A DNA stretch of 64,000 nt from an uncultured Gammaproteobacteria bacterium (lineage in GTDB: Bacteria > Pseudomonadota > Gammaproteobacteria > SZUA-229), in NCBI GenBank assembly GCA_965602855.1, contig CBFCZV010000012.1:1332-65331 (forward strand). Direction: 5' to 3'. This document shows positions 29,623 through 39,180 of this stretch, one piece after another. Below the pieces are notes generated by a model that was not told where the DNA came from, searched no databases, and saw nothing but the letters and a program-made list of their open reading frames with translations. How positions within the stretch are numbered: the stretch's first letter is position 1; each line of letters begins with the position of its first letter. A program made the translations under genes and the position numbers.

Positions 29623-30141
29623 TTACATGGCATGACAGGACATGCACAAACCACCGCGTTCCAGACCAATAGTTAACTCACCCGTTGCCCCACAAACCTG
29701 CACCGATATATCTGCAGAAGCATTCACCTGCTGCTCACCAGCTCTAATTTCATGACACGAAACACAGGTTACATTACCATTTTCAAGTTGTATTCTTGCA
29801 TCCAGATTTTGCCGACTCACATAACTAGCTGGTGATTTATTTGCATAATGACTGTAATTTAAACCAACGGGGTGATTAACATTACGATGACCACTTATCT
29901 GTAGAGGCGCTTCGGCATTCTTTAGCACAATAGCCTTAGCACTACTGCCATCATGGCACTGCATGCATTTCTGTGATTGAGTTGAATTCGTTAATGGATT
30001 ATCAATAGTAGTAGAATTTGCATCTGAACCAAGAATAAATTCATTGAATGCATCCGCAAAATCACCCGCAACAGCCAGCTCTTGAAAAAAGACTAGTGCC
30101 ACAAAGATAAAACCCTGCAACCAATAACGTATATTTTTCAC
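29623..30141 (-). CDS. secreted tri-heme c-type cytochrome (three CxxCH motifs)
   Basis: Signal-peptide-like N-terminus MKNIRYWLQGFIFVALVFFQELAVAG. Three heme-binding motifs: CMQCH, CVSCH and CMSCH. 172 aa. Convergent with norR. Confidence 0.7.
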   Translation of the reverse strand: MKNIRYWLQGFIFVALVFFQELAVAGDFADAFNEFILGSDANSTTIDNPLTNSTQSQKCMQCHDGSSAKAIVLKNAEAPLQISGHRNVNHPVGLNYSHYANKSPASYVSRQNLDARIQLENGNVTCVSCHEIRAGEQQVNASADISVQVCGATGELTIGLERGGLCMSCHAM

Positions 30142-30481
30142 AATATCTATCCGGTTGTTTACTTAGCATAAGCATGAATTTTTATGCTGGGAAACATTTC
30201 GCTACGATCTTGCAACTACCAGTAAATAAGTCTGTTAACAATCGACTCAAATATTAATATTTGCGAAAAAACTATAGCACCAGATAAACCGGTAATATCC
30301 ATGATTAAAGCAATCAAAATATAACTCGACACAGCCCATATTAAGACAGCAATATCTCAACAAAAAAGCTTAGAAAGGGATGGGTATTTTAAAAAAAACA
30401 CTCTGGATAGAATGCTGATATATTACTTGTAAACAAGCAGTGAATTACAAATAGGAAAATATTATCAAAACTCGGCCAGGA

Positions 30482-32287
30482 TTATTCCTGCTCTAACTCA
30501 CGACCTCTTTCTTCCTGCTGCAAATCCCAGAGACGTTTATACAGACCCTGTTCAGCCAATAGTTGATGATGTGCACCCTGTTCAACAATTTTGCCACCTT
30601 CAAGCACCAGAATTTTATCGGCATCAACAATAGTGGAAAGCCGGTGCGCTATAACTAGTGTTGTATGATGTTCAGCCACTGACTTTAGTGACCTCAGTAT
30701 TTGTTGTTCTGAATGCGAATCGAGTGATGAAGTCGCTTCATCAAAAACCAGGATTTTTGGATTTTTAAGTACTGTTCGAGCGATTGCCAGACGCTGCTTT
30801 TCACCACCAGATAATTTCAGGCCGCGCTCACCTACTATGGTTTTATATTTATCTGGCAAACTTTGGATAAACTTATGCAAATCGGCCATCTCCGCAGCCT
30901 GATAAACTTCTTCATCACTCGCACTTAATTTTGCATAACGAATATTGTGTTCGATGCTCTCATTAAACAGCACGGTATCCTGGGGCACTATGCCTATATT
31001 TTTTCGCAGGCTTTGCTGTGTGACTGAATTGATATTCTGGTCATCAATCAGAATAGCTCCTGCATCGGCCTCATAGAAGCGGAACAACAATCGTGCGAGC
31101 GTTGACTTACCAGCACCAGACGGACCTACAACAGCTACCTTCTGACCCGGAGGAATATCAAAAGAAACATCATCGAGGATTTTTCGATCAGGCGTATAGG
31201 AAAAAGAAATATGCTGGAACTGGATACAGGCTTTATCAACATTCAGATTCTTAGCATCACTTGGGTCGCTAATTTCTGCTTCTGTATCCAGCAGTTTTTG
31301 CATCGCATCCATATCTGCCAGTGCATATTTTAATGCCCGATAAATAATCCCCAGGAAACTCAGCGGCATGAACAACTGCAACATCATGGTATTGACCAGC
31401 ACCAGATCACCCAGCGTCATCACACCATCGACCACTCCCTGTGCGGCATAGATCATCATAAAAGTAACGCCGGTTGCAATCACCACGCCCTGACCAAAAT
31501 TCAGCGCAGACATTGAGCCCTGACTTTTTATCGCGGCCTCTTCCCAGCTGGACAAAGTTTTATCAAAACGATCAAGTTCATAGGCTTCGTTATTGAAGTA
31601 CTTCACCGTTTCATAATTCAACATACCGTCAACAGCCAGAGAATTTGACTGCGATTCCAACGTATTCATTTCATGTCGAAAATGCATGCGCCAGTTAGAA
31701 ACAGCCAGAGTAAAGACAACATAAATCGCTACTGTCAAAAAAGTAACAATCGCAAACTTGGCCTCATAGCGTCCCAGCAAGATGATAGCGACAAAGGTGA
31801 ATTCTGCAGCCGTTGGAAAAATATTAAATACAAGGTAATTAATAATAGAACTAAGACTATTTGTGCCCCGCTCCAGATCACGGGTGATGCCACCAGTTTT
31901 TCTATCCAGATGAAATCTCAATGAGAGTGAATACAAATGCTTCAATACCCGATGTGAAATCTTGCGCATTGAGCGATAACGAACCCGTGCAAAAATGGCA
32001 TCCCTTAATTCATTGAACAGGCTACTGACTAATCGTAGACCACCATAGGCCAGCAGCAGAATTAACGGCAAGACCAGCATCTGATCACCCGCCTGCCCCA
32101 GATCCAGAGTATCAACAATTTCCTTCAACACCAGAGGCATGCCAACAACGGCAACTTTGGATAGAACAAGACAGCTCAGCGCCAAAATGACACGACCTTT
32201 GAAATCCCATATATAAGGGAGCAGTCGCTTGATGTTGCTCCAGTCTTTACGGTTACTATGAGGCTTTTCAGAAAAACGATAAAACAT
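30482..32287 (-). CDS. fused ABC transporter permease/ATP-binding protein (ABCB-type exporter, ATM1/HMT1/MsbA-like)
   Basis: A six-TM N-terminal domain is followed by an NBD with Walker A GPSGAGKST, signature LSGGEKQR and Walker B ILVFDEATSSLD. 601 aa. Confidence 0.85.
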   Translation of the reverse strand: MFYRFSEKPHSNRKDWSNIKRLLPYIWDFKGRVILALSCLVLSKVAVVGMPLVLKEIVDTLDLGQAGDQMLVLPLILLLAYGGLRLVSSLFNELRDAIFARVRYRSMRKISHRVLKHLYSLSLRFHLDRKTGGITRDLERGTNSLSSIINYLVFNIFPTAAEFTFVAIILLGRYEAKFAIVTFLTVAIYVVFTLAVSNWRMHFRHEMNTLESQSNSLAVDGMLNYETVKYFNNEAYELDRFDKTLSSWEEAAIKSQGSMSALNFGQGVVIATGVTFMMIYAAQGVVDGVMTLGDLVLVNTMMLQLFMPLSFLGIIYRALKYALADMDAMQKLLDTEAEISDPSDAKNLNVDKACIQFQHISFSYTPDRKILDDVSFDIPPGQKVAVVGPSGAGKSTLARLLFRFYEADAGAILIDDQNINSVTQQSLRKNIGIVPQDTVLFNESIEHNIRYAKLSASDEEVYQAAEMADLHKFIQSLPDKYKTIVGERGLKLSGGEKQRLAIARTVLKNPKILVFDEATSSLDSHSEQQILRSLKSVAEHHTTLVIAHRLSTIVDADKILVLEGGKIVEQGAHHQLLAEQGLYKRLWDLQQEERGRELEQE

Positions 32288-32332
32288 ATGAAGATATTTG
32301 GTGTGCTTGTGGGATTGAGTTAAAGTAAGCGC

Positions 32333-33430
32333 ATGATTATATATAAAAAGATCAAACGAGTTTCATTATTACTGATACTGCCTTTGAGCGGCCTGTTATT
32401 CATCACAGCCTGCGATACTTCTGACAATGCCCCTGCCAAACATAGGAGTAAACCAGCTCATCTTGTAGAAACTAGCACTATTCAGCTTCAGTCGGTCAGC
32501 CATGAGCAAATCCTGAGCGGCACACTGGAAGCCGCCACATCGGTGAGATTGCACAATGAAGAAGCCGGTCAAATAATTCAGATTCCTTTCCACGAAGGTG
32601 ATGTAGTAAAACAGGGCACACTGTTAATTGCACTCGATAACGACATGATCAAAGCCGAACTCGACAAAACCATTGCTCAACACCAGCAGGCAGAAATCGA
32701 CTATAAACGTCTGAAAAAACTATTACCCAAAAAACTGGCCTCTGAAGAAGAAGTCGCACGCAGCCTGACCACACTCAATATTGCAAAAGCCGAAGCTCAA
32801 CTACAACGACTGCGCATGGATCGAACACAGATCAAAGCCCCTTTCGATGGCGTGATTAGCCAGCGCAATAATGAACCTGGCGATGCAGTTAATGCACACA
32901 GCCATATTTTAAGTTTAATCAAACCCGATAACCTGCTGATCAAGGTCAACGTCTCAGATCAGTGGTTATCGCTTGTCAACAAGGGCGATGCCATGCAACT
33001 GACCATCGATGCATTGGGCGACATTGAACATACCGCTTACATTGAACGCATCCACCCCGCTATTTCAACAAGCACTCGTAAAGGCACCATTGAACTTGTA
33101 CTTCAACCTGTACCCGATCATGCACGCGCAGGGCAAATGGCACGCGTGCATTTCAAATCACCCGCCGTTGAACGTCTGGTTATTCCTGCCAATGCAGTAC
33201 ACCACGATATTGACGGTACTTATACTTACATTATCGCCAATAAAGATGATGGCAAAAACATTGCGCAAAAACGCCAGTTAAAGAAAGGCCTTCAGTTTGG
33301 CGAATGGGTTGAAATAATTTCAGGCATCAAAACAGGCGACCAACTCATCACCAAAGGTTTCCTCGGTTTACGTGAAGGTAAAGTCGTAACCATCGTTGAG
33401 CCAAACAAAGATAACAACACCACTCCATGA
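32333..33430 (+). CDS. RND efflux periplasmic adaptor (membrane fusion protein, HlyD/AcrA family), lipoprotein
   Basis: Lipoprotein signal LLFITAC. Coiled-coil hairpin region and beta-barrel/lipoyl-like segments typical of MFPs. The stop overlaps the start of the downstream RND pump (ATGA at 33427). Confidence 0.8.
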   Translation: MIIYKKIKRVSLLLILPLSGLLFITACDTSDNAPAKHRSKPAHLVETSTIQLQSVSHEQILSGTLEAATSVRLHNEEAGQIIQIPFHEGDVVKQGTLLIALDNDMIKAELDKTIAQHQQAEIDYKRLKKLLPKKLASEEEVARSLTTLNIAKAEAQLQRLRMDRTQIKAPFDGVISQRNNEPGDAVNAHSHILSLIKPDNLLIKVNVSDQWLSLVNKGDAMQLTIDALGDIEHTAYIERIHPAISTSTRKGTIELVLQPVPDHARAGQMARVHFKSPAVERLVIPANAVHHDIDGTYTYIIANKDDGKNIAQKRQLKKGLQFGEWVEIISGIKTGDQLITKGFLGLREGKVVTIVEPNKDNNTTP

Positions 33431-36400
33431 AGCAAGCTCAGAACACGGGAGGCCTCGCCGCCTGGTCAATTCATAACCCTGTTGGTATCAGCATGCTCGC
33501 GCTGACCGTGGTCGTGATCGGATTTTTTTCACTGGGTAGACTCGGCGTTGATTTGTTGCCCAACATCATTTATCCAGAAATTCGTGTGCGCATTATGGAT
33601 GAAGGTGTGCCCGCAACCATCATGGAAGATCAGATCACCCGCCAGTTAGAAGAACAGTTAGCCATTACCGAAAATGCCATTCTGGTTCAGTCATTTTCCA
33701 GAGAAGGCCAAAGCCAGGTCAACCTGAGCTTCCCTTATGGCACCGATATCGACATTGCCCTGCGCGATGCCAGCACGCGGCTTGATCGAGCCAAACGTTT
33801 TCTACCAGAGACCGTCGATCCTCCAGTTATTTATAAACGTGATCCCGCACAAATCCCCATTTTTGAACTCATACTCAGTTCGAATGAACTCGATTCTGTT
33901 GAGTTGCGCAGCTGGGCCGATTACACTTTTTCAAAATGGTTTCTTAACTTGCCCGGTGTCGCCGCGGTTGAAGTCGGTGGTGGTCTGGAACGTGAAATTG
34001 CCATCATTGCCGATCAGGATAGCCTGGCCAATATTGGCATGACCGTAACCGACCTTGCTGACATTATTCAAAGCGAAAATTATGATGCACCCGGTGGTCA
34101 ACTACAAAGCTCAACCCAAACCATTAGCACCCGTAGTCAGGGACGATTTGGTTCGATTGAGGCAATACAAAATCTTCCCTTATGGATCAACGATGAGAAT
34201 CAGTCGGACAATCAACAACTCACCGACTTTGCCAACATCATTGATAGCCACGAAGAAGAACAGTTACGCATTCGTTTAAACAAAACACCCGGTGTAAAAC
34301 TCTCGATTCAGAAACAGCCAACAGCCAACACCATCGAAGTCGTCAATCTGGTCAAGCAACGCATAGACTGGTTAAAAAAACGCAGCCTGATTTCTGACGA
34401 TATTTCTCTCGATACCGTCAGCGATCAATCGGTGTTTATCAGACACTCACTGAGAAACGCCGAAATGGCTGCGCTGATTGGAACCCTGCTGGCAATGAGT
34501 GTGATTTATCTTTTTCTCGGCAGCATGCGACGCACCTTAATTATCGGTACCGCTATTCCACTGGGTGTACTCGTTACCTTTACCATCATGGCGCTCAATG
34601 GACTAACCCTGAACATTATGACATTGGGTGGTCTTGCTCTAGGACTGGGACTGCTTATCGATAGCACCATTGTCATGCTGGAAAACATTACCCGACACCA
34701 GCACGAAAGTAATCCAGATAGTGAATACGCCATACTGGCTGCTGCTGAAGTTAACAGTCCGATCATTGCATCAGCCGGCACTAACCTGGCGGCAATACTG
34801 CCCTTCCTGTTTATCGGCGGCCTCACCGGTTTATTATTTCAGGATCTAATTATCACCATTTCATCGGCCATGCTGGCCTCCGTCGTTGTTGCACTCACAC
34901 TGGTTCCGGCATTGGGCGCAAAAATTAAAAGCGGAGGACGGGAGGGCTTTGGCTTTGTAAATCACTGGCTAAATCTTTTAAAACATTATCACGCAAAACT
35001 GATTCATTATTGCATCAGACATTCATGGAAGACGCTGTTATTTTTTATCGTCATACTTTTATTTTCATTCTTCATTCTCTGGCAAAGTGGAAATTCATTA
35101 TTGCCCGCGATGGATGATGGCCGTGTTACCATTTACATCAGTGGTGATGCCGACATTCAACTTGAAGATGTTGATGCCACCACAGAAGTTATTGAAGACC
35201 TGTTACTCACAAAGCCAGAAGTCAGTACCGTGTTTACACTTTCTGGCGGACGCATCTTTGGCCGTTCACAAACCATCACCCCCAACAGAAGCACCATCGT
35301 TGCACAACTGGTATCGAGCAGCGAACGCGAGATCAGCAGTCAGGCATGGGTAGAAAAAACTCAAGAGGAAATAAAAAAACTTCAACTGACCGGGTACAAA
35401 ATAAGAATGCGCGTGAGCGGAGTTCGCGGCCTGCATATGAGCAGCGGTGAAGATGATATCAGCTTACGCATTCAGGGCGATGATTTACAGCAGCTACAGA
35501 GACTGGGCGCACTGGCGGCCGAGCAATTAGAAAACATTAAGTCGCTACAAAACATTACACACACTTATGAAGAAAGCAGTGATGAAATAAAAATCGTCAT
35601 CGACCGTCAACGCGCTTCTGATCTGGGCATCCGTGCTGATCAGTTAGGACAGGCATTACGTATCGCCGTCGACGGCATCATCGTATCCACTTATATCGAA
35701 GGTGATCGAGAATACAACATACGTCTACGACTACCTCCCGGCGTCATGTCAAACACCGAAGCACTGGAAGATATTATTATCAATTTCCGTGATTCTCAGG
35801 CAATTCGATTGGGTGAAGTTGCCAGCATAGAGCACGGCCCTACGCCGAGCGAAATCATGCACGACCAACAGCAGCGCGTAGTCGAAATCAGCGCTTCTTT
35901 ATCTGAAGGTGCAACGCTCGGTGAAGTCAGCAAGGAAATCGAAACACAAATGCAGGACTTTGATTTACCCGAAGGCTACGCCATGTACGATAGCGGCAGC
36001 AACAAAATGTTACAAAGTGGTCAGAAAGCGGGCGTTCAGGTTTTATTACTGGCTATCTTTCTGGTCTTCGCCGTCATGGCTATTCATTATGAATCACTAC
36101 GCAACCCTTTAATTATTATCAGCAGTATCCCCTTTGCGGCTATCGGTGTTGCCTTCGGTCTTGGCGTGTTTGATATGGCTATTTCCATGTCGGTCTGGCT
36201 GGGTCTGATTATGCTGGCTGGTATCGTGGTTAATAACGCCATCATGCTGGTTGAACAAATAGAAATAGAACGTAGACACATTGATGATGTACATCAGGCT
36301 ATTAAACAGGCAGCCAGTCTGCGGCTACGCCCTATTTTGATGACAACACTCACCACTGTCTTCGGTATGTTGCCACTTGCCATCGGTTTAGGTGAAGGCT

Positions 36401-36513
36401 CTGAAATGTTACAACCGCTCGCCTTTGTCATCGTCTGGGGTTTAAGCTTCTCCATGCTGGTCAGTTTAATTTTAATTCCTTCCATGTATCAGCTGTTCCA
36501 CCTCAAAAACTAA
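33427..36513 (+). CDS. RND family efflux pump inner-membrane permease (AcrB/AcrD/HAE1-like)
   Basis: 1028 aa with the 12-TM, two-large-periplasmic-loop organisation typical of AcrB-like pumps. Conserved TM4 and TM10 regions (GLALGLGLLIDSTIVMLEN ; GLIMLAGIVVNNAIMLVE). No outer-membrane factor gene is adjacent. Confidence 0.88.
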   Translation: MKQAQNTGGLAAWSIHNPVGISMLALTVVVIGFFSLGRLGVDLLPNIIYPEIRVRIMDEGVPATIMEDQITRQLEEQLAITENAILVQSFSREGQSQVNLSFPYGTDIDIALRDASTRLDRAKRFLPETVDPPVIYKRDPAQIPIFELILSSNELDSVELRSWADYTFSKWFLNLPGVAAVEVGGGLEREIAIIADQDSLANIGMTVTDLADIIQSENYDAPGGQLQSSTQTISTRSQGRFGSIEAIQNLPLWINDENQSDNQQLTDFANIIDSHEEEQLRIRLNKTPGVKLSIQKQPTANTIEVVNLVKQRIDWLKKRSLISDDISLDTVSDQSVFIRHSLRNAEMAALIGTLLAMSVIYLFLGSMRRTLIIGTAIPLGVLVTFTIMALNGLTLNIMTLGGLALGLGLLIDSTIVMLENITRHQHESNPDSEYAILAAAEVNSPIIASAGTNLAAILPFLFIGGLTGLLFQDLIITISSAMLASVVVALTLVPALGAKIKSGGREGFGFVNHWLNLLKHYHAKLIHYCIRHSWKTLLFFIVILLFSFFILWQSGNSLLPAMDDGRVTIYISGDADIQLEDVDATTEVIEDLLLTKPEVSTVFTLSGGRIFGRSQTITPNRSTIVAQLVSSSEREISSQAWVEKTQEEIKKLQLTGYKIRMRVSGVRGLHMSSGEDDISLRIQGDDLQQLQRLGALAAEQLENIKSLQNITHTYEESSDEIKIVIDRQRASDLGIRADQLGQALRIAVDGIIVSTYIEGDREYNIRLRLPPGVMSNTEALEDIIINFRDSQAIRLGEVASIEHGPTPSEIMHDQQQRVVEISASLSEGATLGEVSKEIETQMQDFDLPEGYAMYDSGSNKMLQSGQKAGVQVLLLAIFLVFAVMAIHYESLRNPLIIISSIPFAAIGVAFGLGVFDMAISMSVWLGLIMLAGIVVNNAIMLVEQIEIERRHIDDVHQAIKQAASLRLRPILMTTLTTVFGMLPLAIGLGEGSEMLQPLAFVIVWGLSFSMLVSLILIPSMYQLFHLKN

Positions 36514-36627
36514 AAACTGTATTTGATTCATTGCTTGTTCATTGCGAGCAAAACAACTATAACTACGTTGTAACCGTTAGATAAAAAATACATTTAATCT
36601 AATCTTAAACAGGCCGATAGCATAACA

Positions 36628-38046
36628 ATGACAACGAGCAACGAACCGACTTTTAGAGAAAGCGTCGACCTCATGGTTGATAGAGCAATGACCGTGATGA
36701 ACCTTGATGACGGCACCGCCTCTGCAATCAAGACCTGCAACTCACTTTTACAGGTTCAGTTCCCGGTAAAAATCCATGGAAAAATTGAAGTTTTCACTGG
36801 CTGGCGTGCCACACACAGTACACACCGATTACCTTCAAAAGGTGGTATTCGTTACGCCCCTTATGCCAGTCAGGACGAAGTTGAGGCGTTAGCGGCACTG
36901 ATGACTTATAAATGTGCCATCGTCGATGTACCTTTCGGCGGTTCTAAAGGTGCGCTTCTGATCGACCCTACACAGTATGAACGTGATGAAATGGAAATGA
37001 TCACGCGCCGTTTTGCACACGAACTCATTCGAAAAGGTTTTCTCAGTCCGTCTACCAATGTCCCCGCACCCGATGTGGGCACGGGCCAGAGAGAAATGGC
37101 GTGGATTGCCGACACTTACAAACACCTGCATCCTGAAGACATTAATTACATCGCCTGCGTCACCGGAAAACCGTTGCATCATGGTGGCATTCACGGTCGT
37201 GTCGAAGCCACCGGTCGTGGTGTACAATACGCTATTCGTGAATTTTTCCGTCATCCTGAAGATGTTAAATCCGCCAATATGACAGGGTCACTGCACGGCA
37301 AAACCTGCGTAATTCAGGGTCTGGGTAATGTAGGCTATCATGCAGCAAAATTTCTCAGCGAAGAAGATGGCGTTATTATCACCGCCGTAATCGAACGCGA
37401 TGGCGCCTTGATTAATGATGAAGGCATCAACATCGAAAGTTTATACCAACATATTATCGACCACGGCTCAATTACTAATTTCCCTGGCGCTACGCTTGAA
37501 GAAAATGGCGCAGCCGTACTCGAAAAACAATGCGACATTCTCATCCCTGCCGCACTGGAAAGTCAGATCACTCTGGAAAACGCAGACCGCATTAACGCCA
37601 AACTCATCGTCGAAGCTGCCAATGGCCCGATCACTTATGGCGCTGACGAAATACTGAATAAAAAAGGCGTTATCATTATTCCTGATGCTTACGCCAATGC
37701 TGGCGGTGTAACCGTCTCCTACTTCGAATGGATCAGAAACATCTCACACATCCGAATGGGACGCATGCAAAAACGTCATGATGAAACACACGGCTCACAA
37801 ATTGCAACCATGCTGGAAGAACTAACGGGTAACACCATCTCCGAAAATTTAAAGAAATCTGTCGCCCACGGAGCCGATGAACTGGATTTAGTACGCTCAG
37901 GCCTGGATGACACTATGCGCACCGCCTACCAGCAAATTCGTGAAACTCTAACGGGCAATGAAAACATTACCGATTTACGAACTGCCAGCTATGTGACATC
38001 GATTACCAAGATTGCGCGTTCTTATTTGGATATTGGGATTTATTGA
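36628..38046 (+). CDS. Glu/Leu/Phe/Val dehydrogenase family protein (glutamate-dehydrogenase-like)
   Basis: Catalytic-lysine region VPFGGSKGALLIDP. NAD(P)-binding GLGNVGYH Rossmann motif. 472 aa. Confidence 0.78.
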   Translation: MTTSNEPTFRESVDLMVDRAMTVMNLDDGTASAIKTCNSLLQVQFPVKIHGKIEVFTGWRATHSTHRLPSKGGIRYAPYASQDEVEALAALMTYKCAIVDVPFGGSKGALLIDPTQYERDEMEMITRRFAHELIRKGFLSPSTNVPAPDVGTGQREMAWIADTYKHLHPEDINYIACVTGKPLHHGGIHGRVEATGRGVQYAIREFFRHPEDVKSANMTGSLHGKTCVIQGLGNVGYHAAKFLSEEDGVIITAVIERDGALINDEGINIESLYQHIIDHGSITNFPGATLEENGAAVLEKQCDILIPAALESQITLENADRINAKLIVEAANGPITYGADEILNKKGVIIIPDAYANAGGVTVSYFEWIRNISHIRMGRMQKRHDETHGSQIATMLEELTGNTISENLKKSVAHGADELDLVRSGLDDTMRTAYQQIRETLTGNENITDLRTASYVTSITKIARSYLDIGIY

Positions 38047-38049
38047 TTC

Positions 38050-38829
38050 TTACTTTACTTGCACGCTAAACCCTATCAGTTTCCAACCAAATCCCTCATA
38101 AGCATACTTGTGCGTAAAATGAACCTTATCTGGACTGGTATGGTAAACGCCAGAAATCGTCAAATTCGCGTCTTCATCCAGAGCTGGTTTTTCGTTAAAA
38201 ACTGGGGTGAAAGCTGACAAAACAGTAAGGTCATCACCAGCTTCAAAGAACGAACCAAAGGCATCTTCAAATTGTTCCTGTGATGCTTGTTGTCGCCAAA
38301 TATAAGAAATGTAATTATGGAATTTAGCCATACTTTTATCATTTACCGATTCAGCAAAGGACATCATTGTTTCAGAAACAAGCCTTAACTGCTCATTTTC
38401 ATTAGGCATTTCTACAGACTGAGACTCTCCTTGAAACCCTGAAGATGGTTTTTGAATAGAATATATTTCCCAACCATTCTCACTCTTTACAAAACCTAAT
38501 ACGACAGAAATAACGTCACCAGAATCCGTTGTTATAGAACCTACCAGACTTCCACGACTATCATCAAGTGAGCGTGATTCCCAGTTTACTTTCATAAGTT
38601 TATTAATAGAATGCTTTTCCATGTATTGCTTTAAATCAGACTTGCTAGCACCAGATTGAAACTCAGGAGATAAGTAGGTATATGCTTTATCCATATCTTT
38701 TGTTTTTATTGCTTCAAAAAAATCAGCAGCTGTAGTAATAAGCATGCCAGAAGTAGAATAAAAGATAGCTGCGATAGCTAGTATGAATGCGCTGGCAATT
38801 CCTAATATGATTTTGAAGAAATTTTTCAT
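38050..38829 (-). CDS. hypothetical exported/membrane-anchored protein with two tandem NTF2-like (DUF4878-like) repeats
   Basis: N-terminal TM/signal MKNFFKIILGIASAFILAIAAIF. Two similar ~110-aa halves, each beginning around ...KDMDKAYTYLSPEFQ / ...NDKSMAKFHNYISYIWRQQ. AT-rich. Confidence 0.45.
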   Translation of the reverse strand: MKNFFKIILGIASAFILAIAAIFYSTSGMLITTAADFFEAIKTKDMDKAYTYLSPEFQSGASKSDLKQYMEKHSINKLMKVNWESRSLDDSRGSLVGSITTDSGDVISVVLGFVKSENGWEIYSIQKPSSGFQGESQSVEMPNENEQLRLVSETMMSFAESVNDKSMAKFHNYISYIWRQQASQEQFEDAFGSFFEAGDDLTVLSAFTPVFNEKPALDEDANLTISGVYHTSPDKVHFTHKYAYEGFGWKLIGFSVQVK

Positions 38830-38924
38830 TTTATTTTTTTTGATTAGTGGTTTTTGGTGTGACAGTGGATATCAGGGGAAGTTCGGTGTTGAGTTGTTAA
38901 TGGAATGTAGGTGGTGAACAAAAC

Positions 38925-39089
38925 GTAGGGTGCAATAAACGCAGAGCATTGCACCATCAATCTTTCCAAGCAGCACAATTCCATTTCACAGGAAACATTC
39001 AATCAAAGAAACAAATATTTTCCTTGTTCATCGGGTGTGGTGCATGCGTTAGGCATTCGGTGCAATGCGCTTTGCTTATTGCACCCTAC
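38925..39089. repeat. ~165-bp element bounded by 31-bp imperfect terminal inverted repeats, each arm itself a hairpin (MITE/REP-like)
   Basis: Left arm: gtagggtgcaataaacgcagagcattgcacc (38925..38955). The right arm (39059..39089) has the reverse complement gtagggtgcaataagcaaagcgcattgcacc. Each arm contains the internal palindrome GGTGCAAT...ATTGCACC. The supplied ORF 38949..39140 lies inside the element and is probably spurious. Confidence 0.5.
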
Positions 39090-39180
39090 TTTTTAACCCT
39101 ACGGTTTCTGCATTTACCTACAAACCTGCCACCCCTTTAGGGTACTACCACAACCCCCACAACAAGCTAAAATCCCACCC

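Noticed and set aside
38949-39140. 63-aa ORF between the exported-protein gene and yheS
   Set aside because: Lies inside the inverted-repeat element. Its reading frame is a by-product of the palindromic arms.
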